From: an uncultured Candidatus Saccharibacteria bacterium
GTDB taxonomy: Bacteria; Patescibacteriota; Doudnabacteria; UBA920
Direction of reading: 5' to 3'
Assembly (NCBI GenBank): GCA_964617815.1
Contig: CAZTXY010000001.1
Span: forward strand, 128-64,127
Length of the DNA: 64,000 nt
The notes under the pieces are model-generated. The model searched no databases and was not told where the DNA came from. It saw only the letters and a list, made by a program, of their open reading frames with translations. This document shows, in pieces, positions 9,350 through 19,359 of this stretch. Numbering within the stretch: position 1 is the stretch's first letter; each line of letters starts with the position of its first letter. The position numbers and the translations under genes are program-made.

Positions 9350-9958
9350 TTAAATACGACTGTAATGTTCAACAATTAACTGAGTGTTGATAATATTTTC
9401 AATCTGTTCTGGCGATGGAGCAGTTAGCACTTTTCCAGACAGATCTTTAGCTGTGAGTTCCAACCAATCCTGTGTAGATGTAGCTTTCATCTTGTCTTTC
9501 TGAGTAATCATATATTTAGAAGTCTGCTTACTCTCCCTGACACTCACAATATCACCAGGCTTTGTTGCGTAAGAAGGAATATCAACTTTTTTTCCATTAA
9601 CAGCAAAAAATCCATGATTCACTAATTGTCTGGCTTGAGCCCGAGTTTCTGCAAAACCTAATCGGTAGACTACATTATCAAGTCGGAATTCTAAAAGTTT
9701 AAGTAAATTATCACCAGTAACACCAGCTTGCTTCAAAGCTTTATTAAAATAACGCAAGAACTGTTTTTCCAAAACTCCATAATTAATTTTAGCTTTTTGC
9801 TTTTCACGTAGCTGCGTTCCATATTCTGAAAGACGACCTCGTCCTTGACCATGTTGACCAGGAGGGGTGCTACGTTTTTGCAAAATCCTAGCATCCTTAG
9901 CAGTAAATGCCATGCCTAGTCTTCTTGCTTTTCTAACTTTTGGGCCAGTATATCTCAT
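9350..9958 (-). CDS. rpsD: 30S ribosomal protein S4
   Basis: RYTGP, SEYGTQLREKQK, LEFRLDNVVYRLG, ARQLVNHG. Confidence 0.99.
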   Translation of the reverse strand: MRYTGPKVRKARRLGMAFTAKDARILQKRSTPPGQHGQGRGRLSEYGTQLREKQKAKINYGVLEKQFLRYFNKALKQAGVTGDNLLKLLEFRLDNVVYRLGFAETRAQARQLVNHGFFAVNGKKVDIPSYATKPGDIVSVRESKQTSKYMITQKDKMKATSTQDWLELTAKDLSGKVLTAPSPEQIENIINTQLIVEHYSRI

Positions 9959-9961
9959 AGG

Positions 9962-10003
9962 GTAGTACTTAGTTCTTAGTGCTTAGTACTTAGTGAGTAC
10001 TAA
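9962..10003. repeat. Tandem 7-bp repeat tract (AGTNCTT)
   Basis: agtactt-agttctt-agtgctt-agtactt-agtgagtactaa between rpsK and rpsD. Confidence 0.8.
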
Positions 10004-10020
10004 ATACAAAACTGTATAAA

Positions 10021-10485
10021 TTAAACGCGACGGACTTTCTTAGGGCGAACACCGCCGTGAGCGGTTGGAGTCTGATCTTTAATAGTTAAAACTGTTAAGC
10101 CAGAACCTTGTAATGCGCGAATGGCTTGTTCTCGGCCACTACCGATTCCTTTAATCAATACATCAACTTCAGCAAGCCCACGTTCCTTGATTCTAACAAG
10201 CGTGTCTTCCATTGTTTTACCACCAGCATAAGGAGTAGACTTTTTAGAACCTTTAAAACCAGCTTTTCCTGCGCTGCCCCAAGCTATAACATTTCCGCTT
10301 GGGTCAGTTGCCGTAACAATCGTGTTGTTATAAGTCGAGTTAATATAAATCTTGCCTTTAGTAACCTTAATCTTAGACTTTTTCTTTTTACTAGACTTAA
10401 TCTTTGAGGCAATATCAGCAGTAGCAGGAACAATAGCTTCAGCTTCGGTGGTTACTTCTTCAGTTGTTGTTGTTTCTTCAATCAT
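10021..10485 (-). CDS. rpsK: 30S ribosomal protein S11 (N-terminally extended)
   Basis: STYNNTIVT, GFKGSKKSTPYA, KGIGSGRE, HGGVRPKKVRRV. Confidence 0.98.
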   Translation of the reverse strand: MIEETTTTEEVTTEAEAIVPATADIASKIKSSKKKKSKIKVTKGKIYINSTYNNTIVTATDPSGNVIAWGSAGKAGFKGSKKSTPYAGGKTMEDTLVRIKERGLAEVDVLIKGIGSGREQAIRALQGSGLTVLTIKDQTPTAHGGVRPKKVRRV

Positions 10486-10491
10486 AAAAAA

Positions 10492-10570
10492 AGTTCTTAG
10501 TGCTTAGTTCGTAGTGCTTAGTGTGTAACCCAAATGCAGATCTGAGGACTGAGCACTTAGGACTTGGGAC
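10492..10570. repeat. 7-bp repeat tracts in inverted arrangement
   Basis: agttctt-agtgctt-agttcgt-agtgctt ... aggactg-agcactt-aggactt-gggact between rpsM and rpsK. Confidence 0.8.
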
Positions 10571-10576
10571 TCCTGA

Positions 10577-10966
10577 TTAGGTCTTTTCTGAAGACTTCTT
10601 ACGGCCACTACCTGCTGTTTTTCTAATGTTACCGTGTCTAGTTCGGGAGTTAGTTTTAGTTCTTTGTCCTCGTACTGGCAATCCACGCATATGTCTGATC
10701 CCGCGATATGAGCCAATTTCTTTAAGTCGCTTTATATTAAGGACAATTTGTTGGCGTAAGTCTCCTTCAATTTTATAATTCTTTTCAATAAAATCTCGGA
10801 GCTTGTTAACATCTTCATCACTAAGATCTTTGGTACGAATATTTGGATCAATTTTGGTCGCAGCTAAAATTTTCTTAGATAATGTCAAACCAACACCAAA
10901 AATATAAGGCAATGCTGCTTCAATTCTTTTTTCGTTTGGAATGTTTACTCCTGCGATACGGGCCAT
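10577..10966 (-). CDS. rpsM: 30S ribosomal protein S13
   Basis: [25 protein letters not shown]. Confidence 0.99.
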   Translation of the reverse strand: MARIAGVNIPNEKRIEAALPYIFGVGLTLSKKILAATKIDPNIRTKDLSDEDVNKLRDFIEKNYKIEGDLRQQIVLNIKRLKEIGSYRGIRHMRGLPVRGQRTKTNSRTRHGNIRKTAGSGRKKSSEKT

Positions 10967-11019
10967 AAAATAGATGAAAAGTTAAAAAGTAATAATTTGA
11001 TAATTTTGGGGTTGAGTAC

Positions 11020-11133
11020 TTAACCCTGACGTTGTTTGTGCTTCGGTGTTGTGCAAATAACGTAAACTCGGCCAAACCGTTTTACGATTTTACAATTTTT
11101 GCACATTGGTTTTACACTTGCTCGGACTTTCAT
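11020..11133 (-). CDS. rpmJ: 50S ribosomal protein L36 (Zn-binding type)
   Basis: Manual translation [37 protein letters not shown] (37 aa), between infA and rpsM; too short for ORF track. Confidence 0.98.
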   Translation of the reverse strand: MKVRASVKPMCKNCKIVKRFGRVYVICTTPKHKQRQG

Positions 11134-11187
11134 AAAAATAAATTCAAATTGATCTGATAAATAAGTAGTATTTGGTGACTAAGGTTT

Positions 11188-11424
11188 TTAAATCTGACGA
11201 AGTCTTCGAGTAATTCGCCCTTTTTTTAGATCATAAGGGGTCATCTCAATTAAAACTTTGTCTCCTGGTAAAACCCTAATTCTATTCAAACGCATCTTTC
11301 CGGCTAAATGTCCTGTAATAATTTGGCCAGAATCTAATTCGACGCGAAAAACAGCATTAGGCAAGCTTTCTAAAACCTTGCCTTCGAGTTCAATTGTTTG
11401 CTTATTTTGGTCTAAACTTCCCAA
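11188..11424 (-). CDS. infA: Translation initiation factor IF-1
   Basis: [38 protein letters not shown]. Confidence 0.98.
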   Translation of the reverse strand: MGSLDQNKQTIELEGKVLESLPNAVFRVELDSGQIITGHLAGKMRLNRIRVLPGDKVLIEMTPYDLKKGRITRRLRQI

Positions 11425-11473
11425 ATTCGTGTGTGCGGAGATAAATAACCAATAAAATACATAAATCTAAATA

Positions 11474-11501
11474 ATTGTAGCACAAATAGGCAAAATGTCA
11501 A
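11474..11501 (-). promoter_or_regulatory. Putative sigma70 promoter of infA-alpha operon
   Basis: Minus strand TTGACA-16 nt-TACAAT with extended TG. Confidence 0.6.
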
Positions 11502-11603
11502 GAATTTTAAAACTATTGCCAAATGAGTTGACAAAAACAAAAATTTATTGTCAAATTAAGAATTTTTATCAACAAAACTGTCTAAAAATCTCAAAAACAA
11601 ACT

Positions 11604-13289
11604 CTACCGTTTAATCTCAATATCTACCCGCTGACTAAATCTTGGAAGAGTGCTTTGCCAGCTTGGTTTCAGCAAAACCTCAACTCGGTCAACGTCATCA
11701 GCTGACAACAAAATCTCCCCTGCTTCCTGTTTCGTTTTTCCTAACAATTGTGGCATCAGTCCTTCTAAATCAAGCTCTGCGATGGCTTGAGACTCGTAGT
11801 GCACAGACAAAGTTGCAGTCCCAGCTGCAATATCCATTACTTTAACTTCATATTTTATATTGTCCAGCGATGGATCTTGCAGTGTTCGATTGCCTGATAA
11901 ATTAGTGACAATTCGGTCACGCATTAACTGACTTAATTGAGAAGAATCAAATGCTAAACCTTTAATGTCTACTTTTGCTGTTGCAGTAAAGTTTGGACTT
12001 TCTGTGCCGGCAAGCTTATCGGGCACAAAAGAATTAAAAGTGACAGCGTAGCCTTTGTCTGGAATTATCAAATTACTATCTTTTAATTTTGTTCGCAACT
12101 CCTCGATAATTTTATTTTCTAACGCAGTCTTGGCTTTAACCAAATCTTCTTCGCTAATAATAGAAATAAACCGAGAAGTTCCGCCAACAATTGGAGTTTC
12201 AGTTTTCGCGTACAAAAATTGAGGATTACTCCCAAAAACTTGATTTGTAATTTCAATTCGCGTACCAGCAGGTAAATTATAATCTTCCCCGCCACTACTT
12301 GCTATAATTTCTGCAGAAACTGAGCCTTCTTCTTTATTACTAGAGGGTTTAATCCCAGCTTGGTCTAAAGTAAAAGTATAATTTTTGTTACCGAGCGTTA
12401 AAGTGGTGGTAGCAGCTTTTAAATTAAGAGGATTTGAGGTTAAATTAAAAATTTTAACGGTCCCATGAGCTTTCGTTCCTACTTCTTTTTTCCCTGTAGT
12501 AGCAAAAGACTCCTCGGCCGTCATTGTCTCTTGGACCCGCTCTGCTTGCAAAAATGGCGATCTGACATCGGAATTAGTCGTGGCAGAATTTAATAGTACG
12601 TCAATGTCTCTGGTAATCGGCTGACTTTTGGCATATACCAAAATTTGTGCTCTTGGCAAGATTACAAAGACTACCAACAAAACAATAATTAAAAACACGC
12701 TGATAATTCCAATCGCAAACTTTCTGTATCCTCGCGCTTTTTTTCGAGTTAACTCTTGCTCAAAGGCGGGAGCCTCATCAAATAACGCCTGAACCAAGTC
12801 ATCTTGTTGGGCATTCTCTTTATTGCCTTGATGGACTGAAATATTAGGAACAGCAACTCGGCGAAGAGGAGCCTTGCCAACCCTTTCCATTCTTACTGCA
12901 ACTGGACGCGGAATTTTTCTTGAAAGTTTTTTCTCAACAACTGGTGCTTCGGCAACTTCTAATGGCAGTGCTTGACTTGGGCTATGGGAGAATTCTATTC
13001 CTGGACGGATATCTGAAAAGTTTTTGTTAACAATTCTTTTGGGTAAAAATTTCAAATCAAAACCAGCCTCTTTAGCGTACATCTGACCCATTTCATCCAT
13101 TGTCAAAATTGAGAGTTTTTTCCCTAAAATGTCAGCCTGTTTTTTTAAAAGTCGCAGATTAATACTGTCGGCAAATAAAAAACTTTTTTTGGGGAAAACT
13201 AAAACTAACTCACTGCTGACCTCTTTTTTGAGGCGAGCAGTAATCTTAGTAATATCATCCTCTAAATTTAGATAGAGGGTTTTTATCAT
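11604..13289 (-). CDS. Conserved single-pass membrane protein with baseplate-J-like extracellular region
   Basis: N-terminal YL..EDDIT...INLRLLK domain, one TM, KAHGTVKIFN and GGEDYN motifs recalled from CPR/Chloroflexi proteins. Confidence 0.6.
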   Translation of the reverse strand: MIKTLYLNLEDDITKITARLKKEVSSELVLVFPKKSFLFADSINLRLLKKQADILGKKLSILTMDEMGQMYAKEAGFDLKFLPKRIVNKNFSDIRPGIEFSHSPSQALPLEVAEAPVVEKKLSRKIPRPVAVRMERVGKAPLRRVAVPNISVHQGNKENAQQDDLVQALFDEAPAFEQELTRKKARGYRKFAIGIISVFLIIVLLVVFVILPRAQILVYAKSQPITRDIDVLLNSATTNSDVRSPFLQAERVQETMTAEESFATTGKKEVGTKAHGTVKIFNLTSNPLNLKAATTTLTLGNKNYTFTLDQAGIKPSSNKEEGSVSAEIIASSGGEDYNLPAGTRIEITNQVFGSNPQFLYAKTETPIVGGTSRFISIISEEDLVKAKTALENKIIEELRTKLKDSNLIIPDKGYAVTFNSFVPDKLAGTESPNFTATAKVDIKGLAFDSSQLSQLMRDRIVTNLSGNRTLQDPSLDNIKYEVKVMDIAAGTATLSVHYESQAIAELDLEGLMPQLLGKTKQEAGEILLSADDVDRVEVLLKPSWQSTLPRFSQRVDIEIKR

Positions 13290-13353
13290 ACTGGAAATTT
13301 AGCTAATATTTGTCTTTATTCTAAGGCAATTCTAGGGGCTTTGGCAAATCAAC

Positions 13354-14523
13354 CTATAATAAACCCTTATAACCTAAGCGTTTGTTAAAACTAATATTCT
13401 TACTATTTTCAACAGCAGGCTGGTCAAAAGCGTTTACATCTCGCAAAATCGCACTATAAATAGCATACATTTGCCAAAAAGCGATAAGCTCACCGATAAC
13501 TAAAGGGTCGCGATCTGGTAAGGACATGTGAATTACGGGGATGCTTTTAATCTTTGCATCCTCGAGCGTACCTTCAAGCTCAAATTGCATCGCAGCCCCA
13601 AGCGGGACCTTATTGAGCATATGCAAATGTTGATTTTTTATCGGCACGCTATGCAAGCTAGGAGGAACTATTGTTTCAGTTTGATGACGATAACTATCTT
13701 GGCTAATAAAACAACCAATAATATTTTTTCTACCTCCTAAGAAACGTTGGTTGGTGTGATGCTGTGACTCTGGTGCTTCATGCACAAAATATGTTTGCCC
13801 CAGACCACCTTTGCCAAATGTTTCGTGACAAAGCTGAACAATTAAAGTACTCAAAGCAAATAAATAATGCGAATAGATTGGAATAAAAACATTGCTATAA
13901 CCTTTGCTCTCGAGTTGGTAAATCACACTAGCTAATTTCCATGCTAAATTATCGCCAGCAAACTGTTTATACAAAGGCTGGCCACCAGCAAAAAACTCTT
14001 GGACGGGCAAGCCTGCAATTGCAGCAGGAAGTAGCGCTACTTCTGTTAAGCCTGTAAACCTGCCGCCTATTGGTGGATAGTTTATGATACTGGCTTTAAG
14101 ACGCTTCCCAATTTCATAAAGTGGTGTGTCTTGCCCTGCCACCACAAGCAATGGATAGTTTATAAAATGCATCATGGCTTCTAACTGAGTGACAGTTTCA
14201 CCAGATTTACTTATGGCAACTACCAAAGTTGTTTTTGAATCTAATTTTGCTTTTAATTCCGCAATATCGTCTGGATCTAGTGTGCTTAAAAAATATATTT
14301 TCTTTTTTGTGCGATCATGCATGGCATAGTAAAGCCCATAGAGGCTGGTGATACTGCCTCCATGGCCTATAACTAAAATGTGTTGATAGTCTTTAAATTG
14401 TTCTGCTGCTAAACTTACCAACTCCCAATTTGGTTCATAGGTAATAAAGTTTGGCGGTTCGGCCAAACTTAATTCCTGGGGAAAACTAGCAGGCTTGGGA
14501 CAATTAAAAAAATCTAATTTCAT
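13354..14523 (-). CDS. Glucose-6-phosphate isomerase-like SIS-domain protein
   Basis: IGHGGS, ISKSGETV, IGGRFT, QL.HETFGK, NAFDQPAVE.SK. Confidence 0.82.
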   Translation of the reverse strand: MKLDFFNCPKPASFPQELSLAEPPNFITYEPNWELVSLAAEQFKDYQHILVIGHGGSITSLYGLYYAMHDRTKKKIYFLSTLDPDDIAELKAKLDSKTTLVVAISKSGETVTQLEAMMHFINYPLLVVAGQDTPLYEIGKRLKASIINYPPIGGRFTGLTEVALLPAAIAGLPVQEFFAGGQPLYKQFAGDNLAWKLASVIYQLESKGYSNVFIPIYSHYLFALSTLIVQLCHETFGKGGLGQTYFVHEAPESQHHTNQRFLGGRKNIIGCFISQDSYRHQTETIVPPSLHSVPIKNQHLHMLNKVPLGAAMQFELEGTLEDAKIKSIPVIHMSLPDRDPLVIGELIAFWQMYAIYSAILRDVNAFDQPAVENSKNISFNKRLGYKGLL

Positions 14524-14570
14524 TTTTTTGTTTCGTATAAACTTTTTATCTTTTTTGTCTGAAATTTAAA

Positions 14571-16352
14571 CTATTCTTCAATAACTGCTTTAATGCGGCG
14601 CATTCCAGCTGAGACCGCTTCTTCTTTTGCAATTCTAACTTTACCAATCTGGCCTGTGTGCTCAACATGGGGACCACCACAAAATTCTCTGGAAATAACT
14701 TCGTTTGTTTTGGAATCTATAATTGTGTAAACAGAAACAACGTCATCGTATTTTTCACCAAACAGTCCAATCGCGCCAAGTTCACGCGCTTTTGCAAGAG
14801 GCATCATTTCACGTGTCACAGTCGCATCTCTCACAATCCAGTCATTCACTAAATCTTCAACTTCTTTTTTTTGTTCATCGGTCATCTTTTGCGGATAGGT
14901 AAAGTCAAATCTTGTTCGCTCTTCGGTAATATTACTGCCTTTTTGCCAAACATCTTCGCCAAGAACTTGCCGTAAAGCCTTATGCATTAAGTGAGTGGCG
15001 GTGTGGTAACGCACAACTTTGTCGCTAGTATTTGCTAAGCCGCCTTTAAATTCTCCGGCGCTGGCAGTTCGAGATAAGTCTTGATGTTTTTTAAATTCAT
15101 CTTTAAATTCTTGCTCGTCTACATGCTGACCTGAGGCTTCTGCTAATTCTTTTGTAAGTTCCCACGGGAAACCAAAAGTTTGATATAAGTTAAAGGCGTC
15201 TGTCCCAGTAATTTTATTTTGGGAAGCAAACTGTTTCTCAAATTCTTTCAAACCTTTTTCCAAGGTTTTAACAAACTTAGATTGTTCTCCTTCAATGATG
15301 GCAAAAATGTGCTCAGATCGTTCAACCAATTCAGGATAACTTTCAGCATAAATGGTTACAACTTTACCGACTAAACTTTCAAGCCAATGCGGCTGTAAAT
15401 TAAGTAACTTGGCGAAGACCATGGCGCGACGAAGAAGTCTTCGGACAATATAGCCACGATCTTTATTTGAAGGCTCAACGCCATCCCCCACAATGAAAAC
15501 GCTAGCTCGGATGTGATCGACAATAATACGAGCTCGCCTAACTTCAGTGTTAGTCATAATATCTTGCGACAATGCAATAACTTCAAATAATGGCGCAAAA
15601 AGTTCAGTATCATAAACAGAAGTTTGACCATTAAGCACAGTCAGTGTGCGATCTAAGCCCATACCTGTATCAACGTTTGTTTTTGCCAAAGGAATTAGTG
15701 CTCCATCGGCTTTCTTTTCATACTGCATGAAGACATTATTCCAAATTTCTACCCAACGCTTATCGTCTTTGGTTTCTTGAAAATTTGCCGGAGTTGGAGT
15801 GCCGTCATCTATCCAGTAAAACATCTCTGTGTCTGGTCCACATGGTCCTGTGGTCCCCGCAATCCACCAGTTATCTTCTTTTGGCAAAAATGCAACGCGT
15901 GAATCCGGTACCCCTAGAGATTTCCAAATCGAAGCAGATTCATCATCACGAGGGGCGTCTTCGTCACCTGCAAACACTGAAAAAGCTAAACGATCTAAAG
16001 GAATATTTAACCACTCTGGTGAAGTTAAAAATTCAAAGCTCCATTTTATAGAGTCTTCTTTGAAATAATCTCCCAAACTCCAGTTGCCGAGCATTTCAAA
16101 AAAAGTTAGATGAGTGTCATCACCCACTTCATCAATATCGCCAGTGCGAATACATTTTTGCGAATTTGCTAAACGCTTTCCTTTTGGGTGATCTTGGCCA
16201 AGCAAAAAAGGCACCAAAGGATGCATGCCGGCCATGGTATATAAAACGGAAGCGTCATTCTCTGGAACTAAAGAAGCTGATGGAATAATTACATGGCCTT
16301 TGGAAGCAAAAAAATCAAACCATTTCTGTCTTAGCTCATTTCCTGTAATCAT
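14571..16352 (-). CDS. alaS: Alanine-tRNA ligase (short form)
   Basis: AGMHPL, QKCIRTGD, HLTFFEMLGNWS.GDYFK, EIWNNVFMQY, VDTGMG, HTATH, EFCGGPH. Confidence 0.97.
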   Translation of the reverse strand: MITGNELRQKWFDFFASKGHVIIPSASLVPENDASVLYTMAGMHPLVPFLLGQDHPKGKRLANSQKCIRTGDIDEVGDDTHLTFFEMLGNWSLGDYFKEDSIKWSFEFLTSPEWLNIPLDRLAFSVFAGDEDAPRDDESASIWKSLGVPDSRVAFLPKEDNWWIAGTTGPCGPDTEMFYWIDDGTPTPANFQETKDDKRWVEIWNNVFMQYEKKADGALIPLAKTNVDTGMGLDRTLTVLNGQTSVYDTELFAPLFEVIALSQDIMTNTEVRRARIIVDHIRASVFIVGDGVEPSNKDRGYIVRRLLRRAMVFAKLLNLQPHWLESLVGKVVTIYAESYPELVERSEHIFAIIEGEQSKFVKTLEKGLKEFEKQFASQNKITGTDAFNLYQTFGFPWELTKELAEASGQHVDEQEFKDEFKKHQDLSRTASAGEFKGGLANTSDKVVRYHTATHLMHKALRQVLGEDVWQKGSNITEERTRFDFTYPQKMTDEQKKEVEDLVNDWIVRDATVTREMMPLAKARELGAIGLFGEKYDDVVSVYTIIDSKTNEVISREFCGGPHVEHTGQIGKVRIAKEEAVSAGMRRIKAVIEE

Positions 16353-16389
16353 ATTGGTATTATATCTAAATTTTGAAGATAAAAGAAGA

Positions 16390-16415
16390 GCCGGCGTCCC
16401 TCGTGGAACGCCGGC
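16390..16415 (-). terminator. Intrinsic terminator of orphan gene
   Basis: GC stem gccggcgtcc/ggaacgccggc followed by a T-rich run on minus strand. Confidence 0.75.
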
Positions 16416-16438
16416 ATACTCGAACCTACTAACAATGA

Positions 16439-17479
16439 TTACCGCGCCGGAATACGTCCGGCAGAAACAAGCAATCGCTTGAGCAGTTTGTTCGTCTGAG
16501 CGCCAATCTTATTGGATCTCCGAACCTCAGCCAGGATCTCCTTGAGAATCACGTCTTGGCTGATGAACTCTTCGAGCTCAGGAGGCTCCACTGCCAAGTT
16601 GCGACTGGTCGGAGCAGAATCTGCAGACAACACCCCAGTGGCAGTGTCGATGATCCTCTGGGCGTCCGAACCTGCCGGCACTTCGAGTTCACTTGTGCTG
16701 AAACGTAAGTCAACTCGCTCATTGAAAAATGCCTTAGCCAAATCTGCGAAGAGCAAGCGCCTTTCGATCAGCGTATTAATCATCATCACTTCAATGGCCG
16801 TCCGATGAACAGGATCCATATCCCATCCATTGTTTACCAGTAGTTGCATAAACAGCTGACCCCTCTCCAAGTCAATGCCCACGATGTACATGGTCGGCTC
16901 GATGAATCCCCGGTCTCGAGTTTGCTTGGTAAGCTCTTCGCACACCTCATCATAGAGACGCGGAAAACTTATATACCGGAGAGTTCCTTGATACCCTCCG
17001 AAGTCAAGGGGTTTATCTAGCGGCTTATACTGGGGATACTCCGCGAAGTTATGCACGAACTGAAACAGCATGCTCAGTTGTGGGAGACTAGTCATCTGAC
17101 TTTTGATCTTGTTGACCTCCACGATCCAGTCTGGATCATTAGTCGATGACCCCTCTGGTACTGGAGGTAAAGTATAGATCATGCCGCGGACTTTGCCCTT
17201 AGCCTTATGACCATCACCACAACAATACCCAATGTTCCCTGACGTAGCCCCCACAACATGGCAAAACCTTGTCAGCATGGCATTCCCGTGTGTTAAGACA
17301 TTGAGGTGATCTGGATCGCTCTTCTCCTGAGCACGAAAATCAGACTCAAAATCGTCTAGAGCTATTCCAATTTCAGGCGCAAACTTCGCAGTTAGCGCGT
17401 TGATGTTTGAATTCCCCCCTTTCAGATTTTCCCCCAAAATCTGCGTCGCCGCCAAGACTATTCCGGATTTATTGCTCAC
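16439..17479 (-). CDS. Hypothetical protein (GC-richer orphan)
   Basis: 346-aa ORF, GTG start preceded by GGGAGG, own promoter and terminator; no family recognised. Confidence 0.7.
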   Translation of the reverse strand: MSNKSGIVLAATQILGENLKGGNSNINALTAKFAPEIGIALDDFESDFRAQEKSDPDHLNVLTHGNAMLTRFCHVVGATSGNIGYCCGDGHKAKGKVRGMIYTLPPVPEGSSTNDPDWIVEVNKIKSQMTSLPQLSMLFQFVHNFAEYPQYKPLDKPLDFGGYQGTLRYISFPRLYDEVCEELTKQTRDRGFIEPTMYIVGIDLERGQLFMQLLVNNGWDMDPVHRTAIEVMMINTLIERRLLFADLAKAFFNERVDLRFSTSELEVPAGSDAQRIIDTATGVLSADSAPTSRNLAVEPPELEEFISQDVILKEILAEVRRSNKIGAQTNKLLKRLLVSAGRIPAR

Positions 17480-17544
17480 GGTCTTCCTCCCTTTGGTGCG
17501 CTAGTAGCGCAAAAATGTCGGCGTCTGTTGTGCGCGAACATCCT

Positions 17545-17573
17545 AATATATAACAAAAACCGGCTTTAGTCAA
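17545..17573 (-). promoter_or_regulatory. Sigma70-like promoter overlapping upstream terminator
   Basis: TTGACT-17 nt-TATATT, with the -35 inside the aaaccggctt/aagccggttt hairpin. Confidence 0.6.
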
Positions 17574-17592
17574 GCCGGTTTAGTAATTCTTC

Positions 17593-19359
17593 TTAAATTT
17601 TCTCTAAATCAAGTGTGTAAATTTTAATTGGCTCTACTCGCCCCTTCACCGTAGCGTCGTCTACATAAACTAATGGATATTCTTTTTTTAACAAATCTTT
17701 GGTGGACTGACTAATAAGAATTTTAGTATTGTACTGCTTATTAGAACTTTCTAAGCGTGATGCGGCGTTAACAGTGTCACCCATCGCAGTGTAATCAAAA
17801 CGCTGATCAGAACCAACATTTCCTACAACTGCAGGACCGCTGAACAAACCAATCCCTATATTTATTTCTGGATCCCCGGCTGCAACTAATTCTTCATTCA
17901 AAATTTTCAACGCTTTTAACATTGCGATAGAAGTTTGCAAAGCTTTATCTGCCTGATCATCATCAACCAGTGGTGCACCCCAAAAAGCCATAATCGCATC
18001 CCCAATGTATTTATCTACCACTCCATCGCGCTCCAAAATAATTCCAGTCATTACGGTAAAATATCTGTTCAGCACGCGGACCAGTTCTGTTGGTGAAAGT
18101 TTTTCTGAAATTGTAGTAAAGCCACGAATGTCAGAGAAAAATAAGGTAACTTGTTTTTCTTCTCCACCCAATTTTACTTGAGCTGGGTTACTCATAATAT
18201 GATTGAGCACTTCTTTCGAAACATACTTACTAAAAATATCTTTCATTTCATGGCGTTCACGTTCCGCGCTAACATACCGAAAAACTATCAAACCGACCAA
18301 AGAAAGTATCCACGACAGCTGAACATGAATCAATGGCAAAACTATACCGCTGTCAAACAATATAACCGAAGCAGTAATCGCAACGATTCCAGAAACTAAG
18401 CTGACAATAAGCACAAGCCATGTGCGTCGAAATAGAATAAACCAAAGTAGCGGCAAAAAGCTTGCAATAAAAATGAATAGCAACATCTGCCACGGAGAAA
18501 CTTCATGCAAAGACCAATTTTGCAAAATCATGTTGGCAATATTGGCTTGTATTTCTACGCCCGGCATTTTTGTTCCAAAACTAACTGGCGTACTTTGAGT
18601 ATCCTGCAGATCCGCTGCCGTAGCGCCAATTAAAACTTTTTTTCCTGCTAATTCACTTAGTCGTTCTCCATTGGCGACCTGCCAAAAAGGAATGCGCGTA
18701 ACACTGCCTGGCGCACCTGCGTAGACAATTGACCGAACAAGTAATTCATTTTCATCAATCTCACGGCCTGCCATCAGTCTGCCAAAACTTGGAATACTGT
18801 TACCCGAAGAATCAAAAATAATATGTGGGTATAACCGAACCACGTTGTCAGGATCGGTAATTAAATTAATGTGCCCAAGGACAACAGGCTTATTGGTAAA
18901 CTGTAACTTTGTTTTAGTTAAGCTAGTTGCAGTCGGAGTTCCATTGGATAATTTTAAGTCCAAGGCTTCAACAGGCAAAACTACCGGGTAATTAGCTTGG
19001 CTGAGAGCAGTTTCCAAAGACAAGTCATCAGCTTGCCCCAAGCGACTGTCTTCAGCAAACATAACATCAATGCCAAGCCTTGCTGGAGCAACTTGATTTA
19101 ACGCACTAATAACTTTAGCAAACTCGAGTCTTGGCCATGGCCACTGACCAATTTTTTGCAAAGACTCGTCGTCAATTGCCACAATTACTAAGCTGGAATC
19201 AGCCTCTCTTCCCCCTTGCAAGCGATCTTGCAAAATTCTGTCCATCCCCGCAAACAAACCAATAGAATGCGAAGCATAAACAACTACAAAAATAACAAAA
19301 CACACTCCTAGTTGGCTAAGTATTTTTCTGTTAGATTTTACCCAAGCATTCTTTATCAT
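17593..19359 (-). CDS. CHASE2-domain class III adenylate cyclase
   Basis: IVAIDDESL..GQWPWPR and MPGVEI CHASE2 motifs, 3 TMs, FSDIRGFT, DKYIGDA, DYTAMGDTVNAASRLES. Confidence 0.93.
   Translation of the reverse strand: MIKNAWVKSNRKILSQLGVCFVIFVVVYASHSIGLFAGMDRILQDRLQGGREADSSLVIVAIDDESLQKIGQWPWPRLEFAKVISALNQVAPARLGIDVMFAEDSRLGQADDLSLETALSQANYPVVLPVEALDLKLSNGTPTATSLTKTKLQFTNKPVVLGHINLITDPDNVVRLYPHIIFDSSGNSIPSFGRLMAGREIDENELLVRSIVYAGAPGSVTRIPFWQVANGERLSELAGKKVLIGATAADLQDTQSTPVSFGTKMPGVEIQANIANMILQNWSLHEVSPWQMLLFIFIASFLPLLWFILFRRTWLVLIVSLVSGIVAITASVILFDSGIVLPLIHVQLSWILSLVGLIVFRYVSAERERHEMKDIFSKYVSKEVLNHIMSNPAQVKLGGEEKQVTLFFSDIRGFTTISEKLSPTELVRVLNRYFTVMTGIILERDGVVDKYIGDAIMAFWGAPLVDDDQADKALQTSIAMLKALKILNEELVAAGDPEINIGIGLFSGPAVVGNVGSDQRFDYTAMGDTVNAASRLESSNKQYNTKILISQSTKDLLKKEYPLVYVDDATVKGRVEPIKIYTLDLEKI

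Noticed and set aside
9962-10570. Repeat tracts as a CRISPR array
   Set aside because: Unit is 7 bp with no unique spacers and no cas genes.
10504-10716. 70-aa minus-strand ORF overlapping the rpsM 3' end
   Set aside because: Alternative frame of rpsM running into the repeat tract; no independent support.
11604-13289. Baseplate-J-like similarity as evidence of a prophage
   Set aside because: Membrane-anchored, host-like composition, flanked by housekeeping genes, no other phage structural genes.
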